Positions 26,101-35,619 of a stretch of DNA of 64,000 nucleotides are shown one piece after another (within the stretch, counting starts at the first letter, position 1; the number at the start of each line of letters is the position of its first letter). A program made the translations under genes and the position numbers. Origin of the DNA: a virus (Duplodnaviria; Caudoviricetes); IMG/VR virus record IMGVR_UViG_3300012942_000041, positions 18,480-82,479 of that record; one strand, given 5' to 3'. Below the pieces are notes generated by a model. The model worked only from the letters and a program-made list of their open reading frames with translations. It searched no databases and was not told the origin of the DNA.

Positions 26101-26760
26101 ATGGAACCCGACCACGGCGGCATCCAGTGCAAGACCCACACGCACTACGAGATGACCTGCGACGAGTTCGAGGCACTCCGCGCACGCGCCGGAGGCCGCT
26201 GCGAGGTCTGCCGGCGCCTCCCCGAAGAGACTGGAGCGAAGAAGCTCTTCATCGACCACGACGGCCAGTACGGCACCGCTGCGGTCCGCGGACTCCTCTG
26301 CGGACGCTGCAACAACCGGCTCGGCATGCTGGAGAACCCCGACTACCGCCGCAGCTTCGTGCGGGACCCGCGGGCCCGAGGCCTCCACGAGTACCTCCGC
26401 AACGCCTGGTTCATGCAGATCACCCGCTGGGCCCGCAACCGGCCCGGCATCCTCGACATCGCCGACGCCCAGCCACGCGGCCCGATCCAGGGCGCCCAGG
26501 CCAACACCATCGTCCGGGCGATCAACACCCGGCTCGGCACCGCACCCGACCTCACCATGCGGACCGTCATCACCGAAGGCCGCATCGACCACGAAGTCCA
26601 GGCCCGATACCACGTCAACACCGGGCACCTGGTCCTGCACTTCACCGCGACCGGCCCCTGCAAGGTGGCGTACCGCCGCGCAGGAGTCATCACCGGACCC
26701 GACCAGGCCGAGGAACCGTTCGCCGACTGGCGCGACGCCCTCGCCCGACTCGGGGCCTGA
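26101..26760 (+). CDS. Endonuclease VII-domain protein
   Basis: CEVC...IDHD...VRGLLCGRCN. Confidence 0.75.
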   Translation: MEPDHGGIQCKTHTHYEMTCDEFEALRARAGGRCEVCRRLPEETGAKKLFIDHDGQYGTAAVRGLLCGRCNNRLGMLENPDYRRSFVRDPRARGLHEYLRNAWFMQITRWARNRPGILDIADAQPRGPIQGAQANTIVRAINTRLGTAPDLTMRTVITEGRIDHEVQARYHVNTGHLVLHFTATGPCKVAYRRAGVITGPDQAEEPFADWRDALARLGA

Positions 26761-26767
26761 CACGCCG

Positions 26768-26797
26768 CCGGCCGGGTGGTTGCACCCACCCGGCCGG
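26768..26797 (+). terminator. Stem-loop
   Basis: CCGGCCGGGTGG-N6-CCACCCGGCCGG. Confidence 0.65.
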
Positions 26798-26849
26798 GCT
26801 GGCGGCCCGAAGGACCACCACGGAGAAGCACCCTGCTGAAGGAGTTCTC

Positions 26850-27350
26850 GTGTTCAACCGTATCTCGCTGCGCCGCCGCGTCACCAGGCCCGTCGACCAG
26901 CACCCGCTCCCGCCCGACCGGGTGGAGCTCGACCCGATCCTGAGCATCCCGGCCACGCCGGGCATGGTCCTGGACGGCCGCATCGACATCCACGCCCTCG
27001 CGCTGGCGCAGGCCGCCCGCTCCTACGCCACCACCCCAGGCCAGGCTGGCCTGCCGCAGGTGGCGCTGACGGAGGCTCGGGGCCGCATCTGGGACGCCCT
27101 CGACTCGTTCCTCGTGGCGATCGCGGCGGAGGTCGACGGCGACGACACCGAGCCCTACACCGAGCGCATGCGGACCCTGCTCCTCAACCGGGCGGCCCGC
27201 CTGTTCCCCGACGTGCTCACCCACACCGCCCGCGCGGCGGTGCTGCGCGGCGAGGACCCGCAGCTCGCTGTCGAGACCACGGCGGCACTGCTGCGCCGCC
27301 TGCTGAGCCTGGACGCCGCCCAGGTGATCGCCGAGGAGACCGCGCTGTGA
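26850..27350 (+). CDS. Hypothetical protein
   Basis: AAGGAG RBS, GTG start. Confidence 0.6.
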   Translation: MFNRISLRRRVTRPVDQHPLPPDRVELDPILSIPATPGMVLDGRIDIHALALAQAARSYATTPGQAGLPQVALTEARGRIWDALDSFLVAIAAEVDGDDTEPYTERMRTLLLNRAARLFPDVLTHTARAAVLRGEDPQLAVETTAALLRRLLSLDAAQVIAEETAL

Positions 27351-27550
27351 CCGCCGCGATGGTGAGGGGACTCGTGGACGCCTACCACGTGGTGCGGGAG
27401 ACCGGGCTGCCGGCGGAGGACATTGCGCTGCTGCTGGAGGCGGTGACCGGGCCGTACTGGCGGGAGAAGACCACGGCGTGGCTGGCGGTGGAGACGCGGC
27501 CGATCGTGCGGGCCGCACTGCTGCGGGTGCTGGGGGAGGAGGGGTCGTGA
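27347..27550 (+). CDS. Hypothetical protein
   Basis: GTGA coupling. Confidence 0.55.
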   Translation: MTAAMVRGLVDAYHVVRETGLPAEDIALLLEAVTGPYWREKTTAWLAVETRPIVRAALLRVLGEEGS

Positions 27551-27705
27551 TCCGGGTGCCGATGACTGAGCGCGAGACCGCCACGGTCCTCGCCGCGTTG
27601 CGCGGCCAGCAGCCCGCGACGGAGGCGGAGGCGGCCGAGTACGAGCGGGTCGCGAACCTCGTCGAGTTCCACCGCAGCCTGCAGCGCCCGGAGGTGCCCC
27701 GGTGA
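27547..27705 (+). CDS. Hypothetical protein
   Basis: GGAGG RBS, GTGA coupling. Confidence 0.5.
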   Translation: MIRVPMTERETATVLAALRGQQPATEAEAAEYERVANLVEFHRSLQRPEVPR

Positions 27706-27839
27706 CCGCCAACGACAAGCCGGAAGAGCCGGAGCGTCCGGCTGGCCCGGCGTGGATGCCGCCGACGGAGGCGGAGAAGGCCGCGGCTGAGGCCCGGCGC
27801 CGGGAGATCGCCCGGCGGAACACCATCTACGGCTACTGA
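27702..27839 (+). CDS. 45-aa hypothetical protein
   Basis: GGAGG RBS, GTGA coupling. Confidence 0.45.
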   Translation: MTANDKPEEPERPAGPAWMPPTEAEKAAAEARRREIARRNTIYGY

Positions 27840-27849
27840 GGGGGACGCT

Positions 27850-28071
27850 GTGAACAACCGCACCGAGCTGTACGCGACCAGGACCACCGACGGCGGCAAG
27901 GGGGAGCGGGTGCAGCTCCGCGAGGCGATGCTCGCGATCGGCTCCGCGCTCCTGCACGGCGACCTCGTGGAGCCCCGCGAAGAGCAGCGCCCGGGCGGGC
28001 CGGTGACCGTGACGGTCACCGTGAAGACCTCGGGCGGCGCGACCGCCTACCAGTACGTCCGCGGCTACTAG
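27850..28071 (+). CDS. Hypothetical protein
   Basis: GAGGGG RBS. Confidence 0.55.
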   Translation: MNNRTELYATRTTDGGKGERVQLREAMLAIGSALLHGDLVEPREEQRPGGPVTVTVTVKTSGGATAYQYVRGY

Positions 28072-28186
28072 GCCGCCACAAGGCTCCGGGGCCGCACCCC
28101 GACTCAGCAAGGGTGCGACCCCGGTTCGGCGGAGCCCAATCCGCCACCCAACTCACTCGCCCAACGACCATCGGGGAGCAGAACCC

Positions 28187-28402
28187 ATGATGCAGCACAC
28201 CACCGTCATCGGCACGCGAGTCACCGTCACCAACCTCGACCACGCCGCCGCCACCCGCGCCACGGTGCGGCGCCGCCGCGGCTCCAACTGGGCCACCGTC
28301 ACCGCCACCTCCGGGCAGCGGATCGGCGAGACCAACCGGCCGTTCGACACCGAGCTGGTGGCCGCGATGCACGCCCTGGCGTACCCGACCGACACCCACT
28401 GA
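28187..28402 (+). CDS. Hypothetical protein
   Basis: GGAG RBS; flanked by stem-loops. Confidence 0.55.
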   Translation: MMQHTTVIGTRVTVTNLDHAAATRATVRRRRGSNWATVTATSGQRIGETNRPFDTELVAAMHALAYPTDTH

Positions 28403-28461
28403 CCCAACCGCCGGCCCGGGCCCGCGCACCAGCGGCCCGGGCCGGCTCTTCGGAGGACACC

Positions 28462-28833
28462 GTGAACACCCTCTGGCGCCCCCGGGGCCCCGTCGACGAC
28501 CGCAACGACATCGGCGGCGACTACCAGGCCGGGAAGGCGTACAGCCGCCGCTACACCAGCCCCCAGCAACCCGAAGCACTGGTGGAGGTGTACTTCTACC
28601 CCGAGCAGATCAACCCCGCCCGGTGGGGTGTCCGCCGCGCCATCACCTACACCCTCTGCGCCGACACCCGGCGCCCGGGCGACACCGAGTGGTGGTCGGA
28701 CACCTGCTACGACCTCGACCGCGAACCCCACCGGGCACTGGCCACCACCCTCGCCGACGCCGAACACGCCGCGAAGACGGAGATGGAGCGGTTCGACCCG
28801 GCGACGCTCAACTGGAACGGGGAGCGGTTCTAG
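28462..28833 (+). CDS. Hypothetical protein
   Basis: GGAGG RBS; 123 aa. Confidence 0.6.
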   Translation: MNTLWRPRGPVDDRNDIGGDYQAGKAYSRRYTSPQQPEALVEVYFYPEQINPARWGVRRAITYTLCADTRRPGDTEWWSDTCYDLDREPHRALATTLADAEHAAKTEMERFDPATLNWNGERF

Positions 28834-29066
28834 CCGCCGGCTGAGGGGCGTCGCCCGTTCGTTGGCCGTTGGCGCATCGCCTCGACCGCTTGCTCGTAGA
28901 ACTTGGGGGTCACGAGGTAGGCGCGCCTACGGCCTCGCACGGTCAGCGCGCTAACGAGCCCGTCTTCGCGGACCTGCTCGATCAGGCGGGTCAACAGCGC
29001 GCGGGCGATGGTCAGGGGGACTTCCTGGACGCCGTCGTCGGCGATGTGCGGTTCCTGATCGGGCAT
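28830..29066 (-). CDS. Phd/YefM-like antitoxin-domain protein
   Basis: VPLTIARALLTRLIEQVR.....LTVRGRRRAYLV. Confidence 0.7.
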   Translation of the reverse strand: MPDQEPHIADDGVQEVPLTIARALLTRLIEQVREDGLVSALTVRGRRRAYLVTPKFYEQAVEAMRQRPTNGRRPSAGG

Positions 29067-29137
29067 GGCCAGAGTGTAAGACATGCTTTAAGTTACCACA
29101 GTTTCCATTCTTTAAAGAAACGTGCGACAATGACCAG
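29067..29137. promoter_or_regulatory. AT-rich divergent promoter region with palindrome
   Basis: TTCTTTAAAGAA palindrome at 29108-29119; GACAAT just before GTG at 29138. Confidence 0.55.
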
Positions 29138-29812
29138 GTGAACCAACCACACGACGGCCAGCCGTGCACCGTCCACCGGCTGTACCGAATGGGCTGCGCG
29201 GAGTACGACGCGCTGAGGGCCCGAGCAGCCGGCCACTGCGAAGCGTGCGGAGTGCCGAGCGAGGAGACCCCTCAGGGGGTGCTCTTCATCGACCACGACC
29301 ACCGCTACGGCTTCTCGGCAGTACGCGGGCTCCTCTGCTCGCGCTGCAACTCGAAACTCGGAGGGATGGAGAGGGCGCACAACAGCATCCTGAAGATCGA
29401 CCGCGATCCCGTCTTCGGCCCCTACGTGCGGAACTCCTGGCACCTGCAGGTGGTCCACTGGGGGCGCATGCAGGACAACTTCCTGGGCAACCCGCCCCCC
29501 GAACTCTGGGAGTTCAACGAGCTGGTCCTGCGTTTCTCCACGGTGCGGCATACCACCAGGCTGCTCGGCATGGCGCCCACCGTGACCACTCGCGGACTCG
29601 TCCACCCCGGCTACTTCGGCGCCCAGATCACTGCCACCTACGAGATCGGCAGCCACCGAGGCTGCTCGATCCACTTGCGCCGCACAACCGGGCGCGTCCT
29701 GAAGAAGGTCGGATTCCATGTCTTCGAGAACGGAAGCGGCGCACGCTTCACGGCGTACAGCGGCCTCGCGGACGCACGCAAGCACTTGATCAAACTGATG
29801 GAATCCGCATAA
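29138..29812 (+). CDS. Endonuclease VII-domain protein (paralog of 26101)
   Basis: CEAC...IDHDH...VRGLLCSRCN. Confidence 0.75.
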   Translation: MNQPHDGQPCTVHRLYRMGCAEYDALRARAAGHCEACGVPSEETPQGVLFIDHDHRYGFSAVRGLLCSRCNSKLGGMERAHNSILKIDRDPVFGPYVRNSWHLQVVHWGRMQDNFLGNPPPELWEFNELVLRFSTVRHTTRLLGMAPTVTTRGLVHPGYFGAQITATYEIGSHRGCSIHLRRTTGRVLKKVGFHVFENGSGARFTAYSGLADARKHLIKLMESA

Positions 29813-29816
29813 GCGC

Positions 29817-29849
29817 CGGCCGGGTGGAGCAGCGAACTCCACCCGGCCG
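29817..29849 (+). terminator. Stem-loop
   Basis: CGGCCGGGTGGAG-N7-CTCCACCCGGCCG. Confidence 0.65.
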
Positions 29850-29986
29850 CAGCAGCCCGGCGAGCAGCGAACACGCCGAACCACAGAGCCCCAAACGGTC
29901 AAGAAAGGCGCTCTCCCCTTGAGCGTACCCAACCAGCCCACCGCTGGCCCCACCGGCACGACGCGCCCCACCGGGGAGGTGTCGCG

Positions 29987-30913
29987 ATGAACTACGGCCG
30001 GATCCGCCGTGGCCCGATGGCTGCGGACGCCTTCACACAGATCAGGAACTCGCTGTTCCGTGACTCGCGGCTGTCGTTCCGCGACAAGGGCATCTTCGGG
30101 CTGATCAGCACCCACGCCGATGGCTTCGGCGTCAGCGCCGAGGCCATCGCGGCGTGCTCCCCGACGGACGGCGTGACGGGCGTGAAGACGAGCCTGCGGA
30201 ACCTGGAGAAGCACGGCTACCTCCGCCGGACCCGCGAACGCAACACGGACGGCACGCTCGGCGCCTCGGTGTACTTCATCACCGACGACCCGACGCTGTT
30301 CCCCGGCACCGAAGAGCCCCCGGCGGTGGAAAACTGCAGGTCGGAACCTGCGGGGGCTCAGCCACCGGTGGCTGAGCCTACGGTGGGCCAGCCTACGGTG
30401 GCTGAACCAGCGGTGGCTGAACCAGCGGTGGGCCAGAGCACGCATAAGAAGAACAACTCCAAGAAGACCATCTTGGAGAAGAACATCTCTCTCTCCCCCG
30501 CCCCGTCAGAACCCGCCCCAGCAGCCGGGGTTGACGGCGAGAGAGAGATCCACGACGGCGACGACACCGCGAAGGTCGCAGAAGCCTGGGCGACCGCCCG
30601 TGGCGGCGCCCGCATCCCCTCGGCAGAGCGCGAAGTCCGGCGGTCCGCCGCTGAACTCCTCGCCGGGGGCTGGCTCCTGCCGGACGTGATCGCTCTCGCC
30701 GAGGACATGGCCCGCCGCAAGCCGCAGTACACCGCCCTCGGCACGCACGCCCGCCACTGGCAGCCTCCCGCCCCGGCCACGGGCAGGAGGATGATCGTCG
30801 CGGACACCCACCGCACCCGCCCCGAATGCCCCGGCTGCGACCGCCCCCTGCGGCACGGCGCGCCCGAAGGACTCTGCGTCGACTGCCGCGCCGAACACCG
30901 CGAATCCGCCTGA
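29987..30913 (+). CDS. Phage replication initiator-like wHTH protein
   Basis: FTQIRN...RD.RLS...KG...L.NLE..GYL.R.R; internal repeats and K/N-rich linker; C-terminal CxxC..CxxC. Confidence 0.75.
   Translation: MNYGRIRRGPMAADAFTQIRNSLFRDSRLSFRDKGIFGLISTHADGFGVSAEAIAACSPTDGVTGVKTSLRNLEKHGYLRRTRERNTDGTLGASVYFITDDPTLFPGTEEPPAVENCRSEPAGAQPPVAEPTVGQPTVAEPAVAEPAVGQSTHKKNNSKKTILEKNISLSPAPSEPAPAAGVDGEREIHDGDDTAKVAEAWATARGGARIPSAEREVRRSAAELLAGGWLLPDVIALAEDMARRKPQYTALGTHARHWQPPAPATGRRMIVADTHRTRPECPGCDRPLRHGAPEGLCVDCRAEHRESA
30346..30435 (+). repeat. Six tandem 15-bp repeats (candidate iterons)
   Basis: ACCTGCGGGGGCTCA, GCCACCGGTGGCTGA, GCCTACGGTGGGCCA, GCCTACGGTGGCTGA, ACCAGCGGTGGCTGA, ACCAGCGGTGGGCCA; A-rich tract follows. 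Confidence 0.8.
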
Positions 30914-30921
30914 GGAGAACC

Positions 30922-31818
30922 GTGAACCCCAACACCCCCGCCGACGACCTCGCCGCGATGCAGCACCTCATCGCCGACTTCACCGCCGCCGAGCGTCAGG
31001 TCGAGCAGGCCAACCGGCGCCTGAACGACGCACACGCCGCGATCCTCCACAAGATCGCGGAACTGCGCGCCAAGCTCGACTCGCCCTACGCCCCCGAAGT
31101 CGTCGCCGTGGCCCGCCACCTGTACTGGCAGCAGCCCGGATTCCGCACCAAGCCGCTCGCCAAGGCCGCCGGGTTCAGCCACCACCAGGAGATGCTCCGC
31201 GCGCTGGGAGGCTGCCCCTCCGGCCTCACCTGCGCCGGCTGCGGCCGGGACATCCCGCGCACCAGCCGCTCGTGGACGCCGCCCTACAACCGGCTGTGCC
31301 CGGACTGCGACAAGGACCGCAGCCGGAAGGAGCAGCGCCGGTACCAGGTGGAGGCCCTGCGCGCCCGGATCATCGGCGACACGAAGGTGCCCGCTGCGGC
31401 ACGTGACTGGCTGGCCGTGACCGCGCTCGTGGTCGCGTACCCGCCGCTGTCCATGGGGATCCCGCAGGACCACGAGGACGCCCGGCAGCTCGGCACATGG
31501 GTGGGCTGGGAGAACGCCCGGAACCTCCAGCAGGAGCTGCTGCGGGCCGGCGCCGCAGGGGACACCGAGCTGGGCGTCGCCCTGGCTCCCGCCGACGCGC
31601 TGCTGAAGACCGCGCTGCACGTGGTGGGTTGGGACACGGCCCGGACGGTGGAGGTCGTGTGCGCGTACACCGAGGCGCCTGCGCACATGCTGATCACCCG
31701 GCTTCGGGCGGCGGCGAAGGAGGTTCGGGAGCGGGCGACCGCGCGGGCCTACGAGCTCTACCCGGAAGGCTACGAGCCGACCCCGGAGGAGCAGCGGGTC
31801 CTGTGGGCGCGGGAGTAG
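30922..31818 (+). CDS. Hypothetical Zn-finger protein
   Basis: AGGAG RBS; CAGC..CPDC. Confidence 0.6.
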   Translation: MNPNTPADDLAAMQHLIADFTAAERQVEQANRRLNDAHAAILHKIAELRAKLDSPYAPEVVAVARHLYWQQPGFRTKPLAKAAGFSHHQEMLRALGGCPSGLTCAGCGRDIPRTSRSWTPPYNRLCPDCDKDRSRKEQRRYQVEALRARIIGDTKVPAAARDWLAVTALVVAYPPLSMGIPQDHEDARQLGTWVGWENARNLQQELLRAGAAGDTELGVALAPADALLKTALHVVGWDTARTVEVVCAYTEAPAHMLITRLRAAAKEVRERATARAYELYPEGYEPTPEEQRVLWARE

Positions 31819-31837
31819 CGCTTGCCGGCCGGGGCGG

Positions 31838-32068
31838 CTACCAGATGACGGTGTCGCTGATCTCGTCCTGGCCGATGTCCCAGGAGATCGACCGGATCAT
31901 GTGCGGCGGGTACGCGCGCTCCTCGTTACCGAGCTGCTGCCCGTCTTGCAACCGGACCCAGCCGTCCGCGATCCACACCGCCTCGAACTTCGAGTCGTCC
32001 TTCGGCCCGGCTGCGGTTTTGATCGGCTCCGTGAACACCACCCGCGCCTTACCGCCCTGCACCGGCAT
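31838..32068 (-). CDS. 76-aa hypothetical protein on opposite strand
   Basis: GGAGGTGG RBS; MPVQGGKARV... Confidence 0.55.
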   Translation of the reverse strand: MPVQGGKARVVFTEPIKTAAGPKDDSKFEAVWIADGWVRLQDGQQLGNEERAYPPHMIRSISWDIGQDEISDTVIW

Positions 32069-32143
32069 CCCAACCACCTCCGTCCAGCCCCTCACTCCAG
32101 CGTGCGCGTCTCGCTGGCGCCCCGCACCCGGAAGGAACCCAAC

Positions 32144-32533
32144 ATGATCCGCGAGAACAAGTTCGTGCTGTCCCGCAAGCCCTACGCCGTCGACTTGAGC
32201 TCGTTGAAGGCCGGTGAGGACATGGCCACTGTGGTCGCGGTGTGGTTCCGGCGTCGCCGCCCGCGGTCTGCGCCCTCGGTGGGGCCGGTGACGGTGGCGT
32301 GCATCGGGCAGTTGTGGGACATCCAGCGCCCCCGTCCGGCGACCGCCGCTGAGTTCCTCGACCGGCTCACGGACGGGCGGTACGGGGGTACGTGCTGGGC
32401 GCGGTGGGACGGTTCTTCGCTGTGGACCACCGCGACGCTGGAGGTGGCGGAGCGGGCGCTTGGGGTGCTGCGGCCGATGCTCGCCAACTACCCAGAGATC
32501 CCGCCCGGCTACGACGGGTGGTGGCGATTCTGA
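32144..32533 (+). CDS. Hypothetical protein
   Basis: AAGGA RBS. Confidence 0.55.
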   Translation: MIRENKFVLSRKPYAVDLSSLKAGEDMATVVAVWFRRRRPRSAPSVGPVTVACIGQLWDIQRPRPATAAEFLDRLTDGRYGGTCWARWDGSSLWTTATLEVAERALGVLRPMLANYPEIPPGYDGWWRF

Positions 32534-32636
32534 CACGGGCAGTGACCTGCACAGATCCGCTGTGACCGGTCATCAAATCCCGTCACGATCAAGCTACTTG
32601 AACCCCCATAATGAACGCATACCGGGAGGAAATCTC

Positions 32637-33638
32637 ATGACCCCCACTCCTGTCCCCAGCCCGACACTGCCCCTCGATGTCGCCGGCACCCCGAACGACC
32701 GCCCTGCACTGCGTGTGCTGTCGCTGGGTGCTGGGGTGCAGTCCACGACGCTGCTCCTGCTGTCCGCCGAGGGGCGCCTGCCCCGCCTGGACGCGGCAGT
32801 GTTCGCCGACACCGGATGGGAGCCGCGCGCGGTGTACGAGCACCTGAACCGGCTGGAGCGCGAGGTCGCCGAGCCGGCGGGCATACCGATCCACCGGGTC
32901 AGTGTCGGCAACATCCGCGACGACGCCCTCAACCCGGAGCACCGGTTCGCGTCCATGCCGCTGTTCATCCGCAACCAGGACGGCGGCGACGGCATCACCC
33001 GGCGCCAGTGCACCTCTGAGTACAAGCTCAAGCCGATCAAGGCGCAGGTGCGGCGGATGCTCGGCTACCCGCACCCCACGCAGGTGCCGCGCGGAATGTT
33101 CGCTGAGCAGTGGGTTGGGATCTCCCGGGACGAGATCGGCCGGGCGAAGGACTCCGGCATCCAGTACCTGCGCTCCGCGTTTCCGCTGCTCGACCTGGAC
33201 GGCGCGGCGGACGGCCGGCTTGGCTGGACCCGCGAGGACTGCCTGCGGTACCTGCGCGCCAACGGCTGGGAGTCCACCCCGAAGTCCGCGTGCATCGGCT
33301 GCCCGTTCCACGGCAACGCCCAGTGGCGGCGGATGCGCGACGAACGCCCGGAGGAGTGGGCGGACGCCGTCGCGTTCGACGCCGAGATCCGGGCCGGGAA
33401 CGCCCGCGGCAACGCCAACGGCAAGCCGCTGCTCGGCGAGGCGTACCTGCACGCGTCGCGGATGCCGCTCGACCAGGCGCCGATCGACCGCGTCTCGTGG
33501 CACGAGTGGCGGTCCCGGCAGACCGACATTTTCGACCAGATCGCCGACGCCGAAGCCGGCGACCCGGACGGCTGCTCCCCGTGGTCATGCCGCTCCGGCT
33601 CGCCCGTCGTGGGCGAGGAAGCCACCGCCGATGTCTGA
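32637..33638 (+). CDS. PAPS-reductase / adenine nucleotide alpha-hydrolase family protein
   Basis: SLGAGVQST, FADTGWEP, RQCT.EYK..PI, PKSACIGCPF. Confidence 0.8.
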   Translation: MTPTPVPSPTLPLDVAGTPNDRPALRVLSLGAGVQSTTLLLLSAEGRLPRLDAAVFADTGWEPRAVYEHLNRLEREVAEPAGIPIHRVSVGNIRDDALNPEHRFASMPLFIRNQDGGDGITRRQCTSEYKLKPIKAQVRRMLGYPHPTQVPRGMFAEQWVGISRDEIGRAKDSGIQYLRSAFPLLDLDGAADGRLGWTREDCLRYLRANGWESTPKSACIGCPFHGNAQWRRMRDERPEEWADAVAFDAEIRAGNARGNANGKPLLGEAYLHASRMPLDQAPIDRVSWHEWRSRQTDIFDQIADAEAGDPDGCSPWSCRSGSPVVGEEATADV

Positions 33639-33963
33639 CAAGGAGGCGGCCCGCATGGGCGCGAAGGACCGCAGTACCCCGCCGTCGCAGTGGTGCGACT
33701 GGTGGGAGACCCCGGTGACGATGCTCACCGACACCATCGGCTACGGCTGGCCGGGCGAGCCCTACACCGACCCGAGCGAGCCGCAGCCGTGGTTCTGGCA
33801 CTGGTGCCGCGCCGCGGCGAACGGCGACGGCCGGTGGATGGCGCAGGCCACCAGCGCGCACACCTTCGTGTCCCGGGAGCCCCTGCACCTGGAACCGAGC
33901 CTGCTGTGGCCCTGCTGCGGCACGCACGGGTGGGTCCACGACGGGGCGTGGGTGCCGGCATGA
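33631..33963 (+). CDS. Trp-rich hypothetical protein
   Basis: PL.LEPSL..PCCG.HGWV.DG.W. Confidence 0.55.
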   Translation: MSDKEAARMGAKDRSTPPSQWCDWWETPVTMLTDTIGYGWPGEPYTDPSEPQPWFWHWCRAAANGDGRWMAQATSAHTFVSREPLHLEPSLLWPCCGTHGWVHDGAWVPA

Positions 33964-34337
33964 CCGTGGACGGGCTGGCCCACTTCCGCGAGGCCTTCCG
34001 GCGGATGCCCTACGCCTGCGCGGAGGAGCATCTGGCCGTGTGCGCCTCGACCGTGCTGGCCAAGGTGCGGACGATCACCTTCGGCAGGTCCGTCGCCGTG
34101 GTGCGCTGCGATCACGGCCGTGTCGTCGGCTACGAATGGCTGTCCGACCCGGCCGCGATGTGCAAGCGGTGCCGCGGCTCCTGGCACGTCTGCGAGGAGC
34201 ACCCGGACCGGCCGTGGGGCGGGCTGTGCTGCGACGCCGCGGTGAACGGCGAACCGGCGGCCGACGGCCGGTGCGAGCACGGCGCCTGCGCGTGCGGCGC
34301 GGCAGGGGAGCCGTGTGCGGCCTGCGGCCCGGCATGA
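33960..34337 (+). CDS. Cys-rich hypothetical protein
   Basis: CKRC.G..HVCEEHPDRPW...C.CGAAGEPC..C. Confidence 0.55.
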   Translation: MTVDGLAHFREAFRRMPYACAEEHLAVCASTVLAKVRTITFGRSVAVVRCDHGRVVGYEWLSDPAAMCKRCRGSWHVCEEHPDRPWGGLCCDAAVNGEPAADGRCEHGACACGAAGEPCAACGPA

Positions 34338-34379
34338 CCCGACCCAACCCGAGCAACTGACCAACCGACAGGAGGATCC

Positions 34380-35198
34380 ATGGCCACCCCGACCACCACC
34401 GACGCCCTGCTCGACGCCCTCACCGCGCATTTCATCAAGCCCGACCAGACCTGGGCCGGAGCCGTATGCCTCACCGAAGTCACCGCCCCCGGCAACAGCA
34501 ACCGCCGCGCTGACCTGGTCCACGTCGGGCTCTGGGCCAGCCGCGGCGCCGGCGGCATCGACGTGTGCGAGCTGAAGACCAGCCGCTCCGACTTCCGCCG
34601 CGAGATCGACCAGCCCGCGAAGGCCGAGGCGTGGTGGCCGTACAGCAGCCGCTTCTGGATCGTGTCCCCGAGCGTGGAGGTGACGCCCCCGGGCGAGCTG
34701 CCGCCCGGGTGGGGCCTGATGGTTCCCGGCCGCGCCCGGCGCTTCAAGACGGTCGTCGCGCCCGCCGAGCGTGAACCGAAGATCACCACCGGGCTGTTGG
34801 TGACGCTGCTGAAGGCCACCGAGACCACTCGCGTCAACGCGGTGGAGCGTGAACGCGACAGGCTGCGCGCCGCGCACCGCCAGGAGATGCAGGAGGTCCG
34901 CCGCGAGGCGCAGATGCGGGCGCTTCCCTCCGCTGAGCGGCAGCGCCTGGAACTCCTCGACCAGCTCGAAGCCGCCCTCGGGATGACGCTGGACCGCTAC
35001 CCGTGGGGCAACCAGATCCGGCCCGAGGACGCGGCCGAGGCGCTGCGGACCCTGGCCGCTGGTCAGGCCGCATGGTCGGCTGCGCAGGAGGAGACGCGCC
35101 GCAAGGCGACCAACATCGCGCGGATGGCGGAGGAGCTGCAGCAGCGGGCAGCCGCGCTGCTACAGGCCGCGCCGGAGCGGCTGGAGGCGGCGTCATGA
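34380..35198 (+). CDS. PD-(D/E)XK nuclease-like (MmcB-like) protein
   Basis: EV...RRAD...ELKTSRSDFRRE...P.K; coiled-coil C-terminus. Confidence 0.7.
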   Translation: MATPTTTDALLDALTAHFIKPDQTWAGAVCLTEVTAPGNSNRRADLVHVGLWASRGAGGIDVCELKTSRSDFRREIDQPAKAEAWWPYSSRFWIVSPSVEVTPPGELPPGWGLMVPGRARRFKTVVAPAEREPKITTGLLVTLLKATETTRVNAVERERDRLRAAHRQEMQEVRREAQMRALPSAERQRLELLDQLEAALGMTLDRYPWGNQIRPEDAAEALRTLAAGQAAWSAAQEETRRKATNIARMAEELQQRAAALLQAAPERLEAAS

Positions 35199-35596
35199 GC
35201 GCGGCCCTGCACCTCGCTTACGCCTACGAGCCGCCGCCCGGGCCTCGTCGGAAGCGGGACCGAGGCGGCCCCCGTGGACCACGCGGCCCGCGCGCCCCGT
35301 ACCTGATCGTCCCGAGGAACGCGTGCGAGGCATGCGCCGCGCACTGGCACCACAAGTGCTGGGGCGTCGACCTGTTCCTGCCCGACGACCAGCGCCCGGA
35401 CTGCCCGTGCCCGTGCGGCGACCGCAACGACCCGACCGGGCTGCGCATGTCGCCGGCGGCGTGGGCGGACCTGGCCATGTTCTGCCCGGAGAAGGTGTGG
35501 CAGGCCGTCCTCATGCAGCAGATCCGCGACGGCATCGCCGCCCGCTTCTGCGCCGGGCCTCGCCACCACAACGACGCCCCGTCCCCGACCAACTGA
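35195..35596 (+). CDS. Cys-rich hypothetical protein with shared N-terminal leader
   Basis: MSAALHLAYAYEPPPGP...CEAC...CPCPC. Confidence 0.6.
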   Translation: MSAALHLAYAYEPPPGPRRKRDRGGPRGPRGPRAPYLIVPRNACEACAAHWHHKCWGVDLFLPDDQRPDCPCPCGDRNDPTGLRMSPAAWADLAMFCPEKVWQAVLMQQIRDGIAARFCAGPRHHNDAPSPTN

Positions 35597-35619
35597 CCAA
35601 CCCCGCGAAGGAGATCGCC

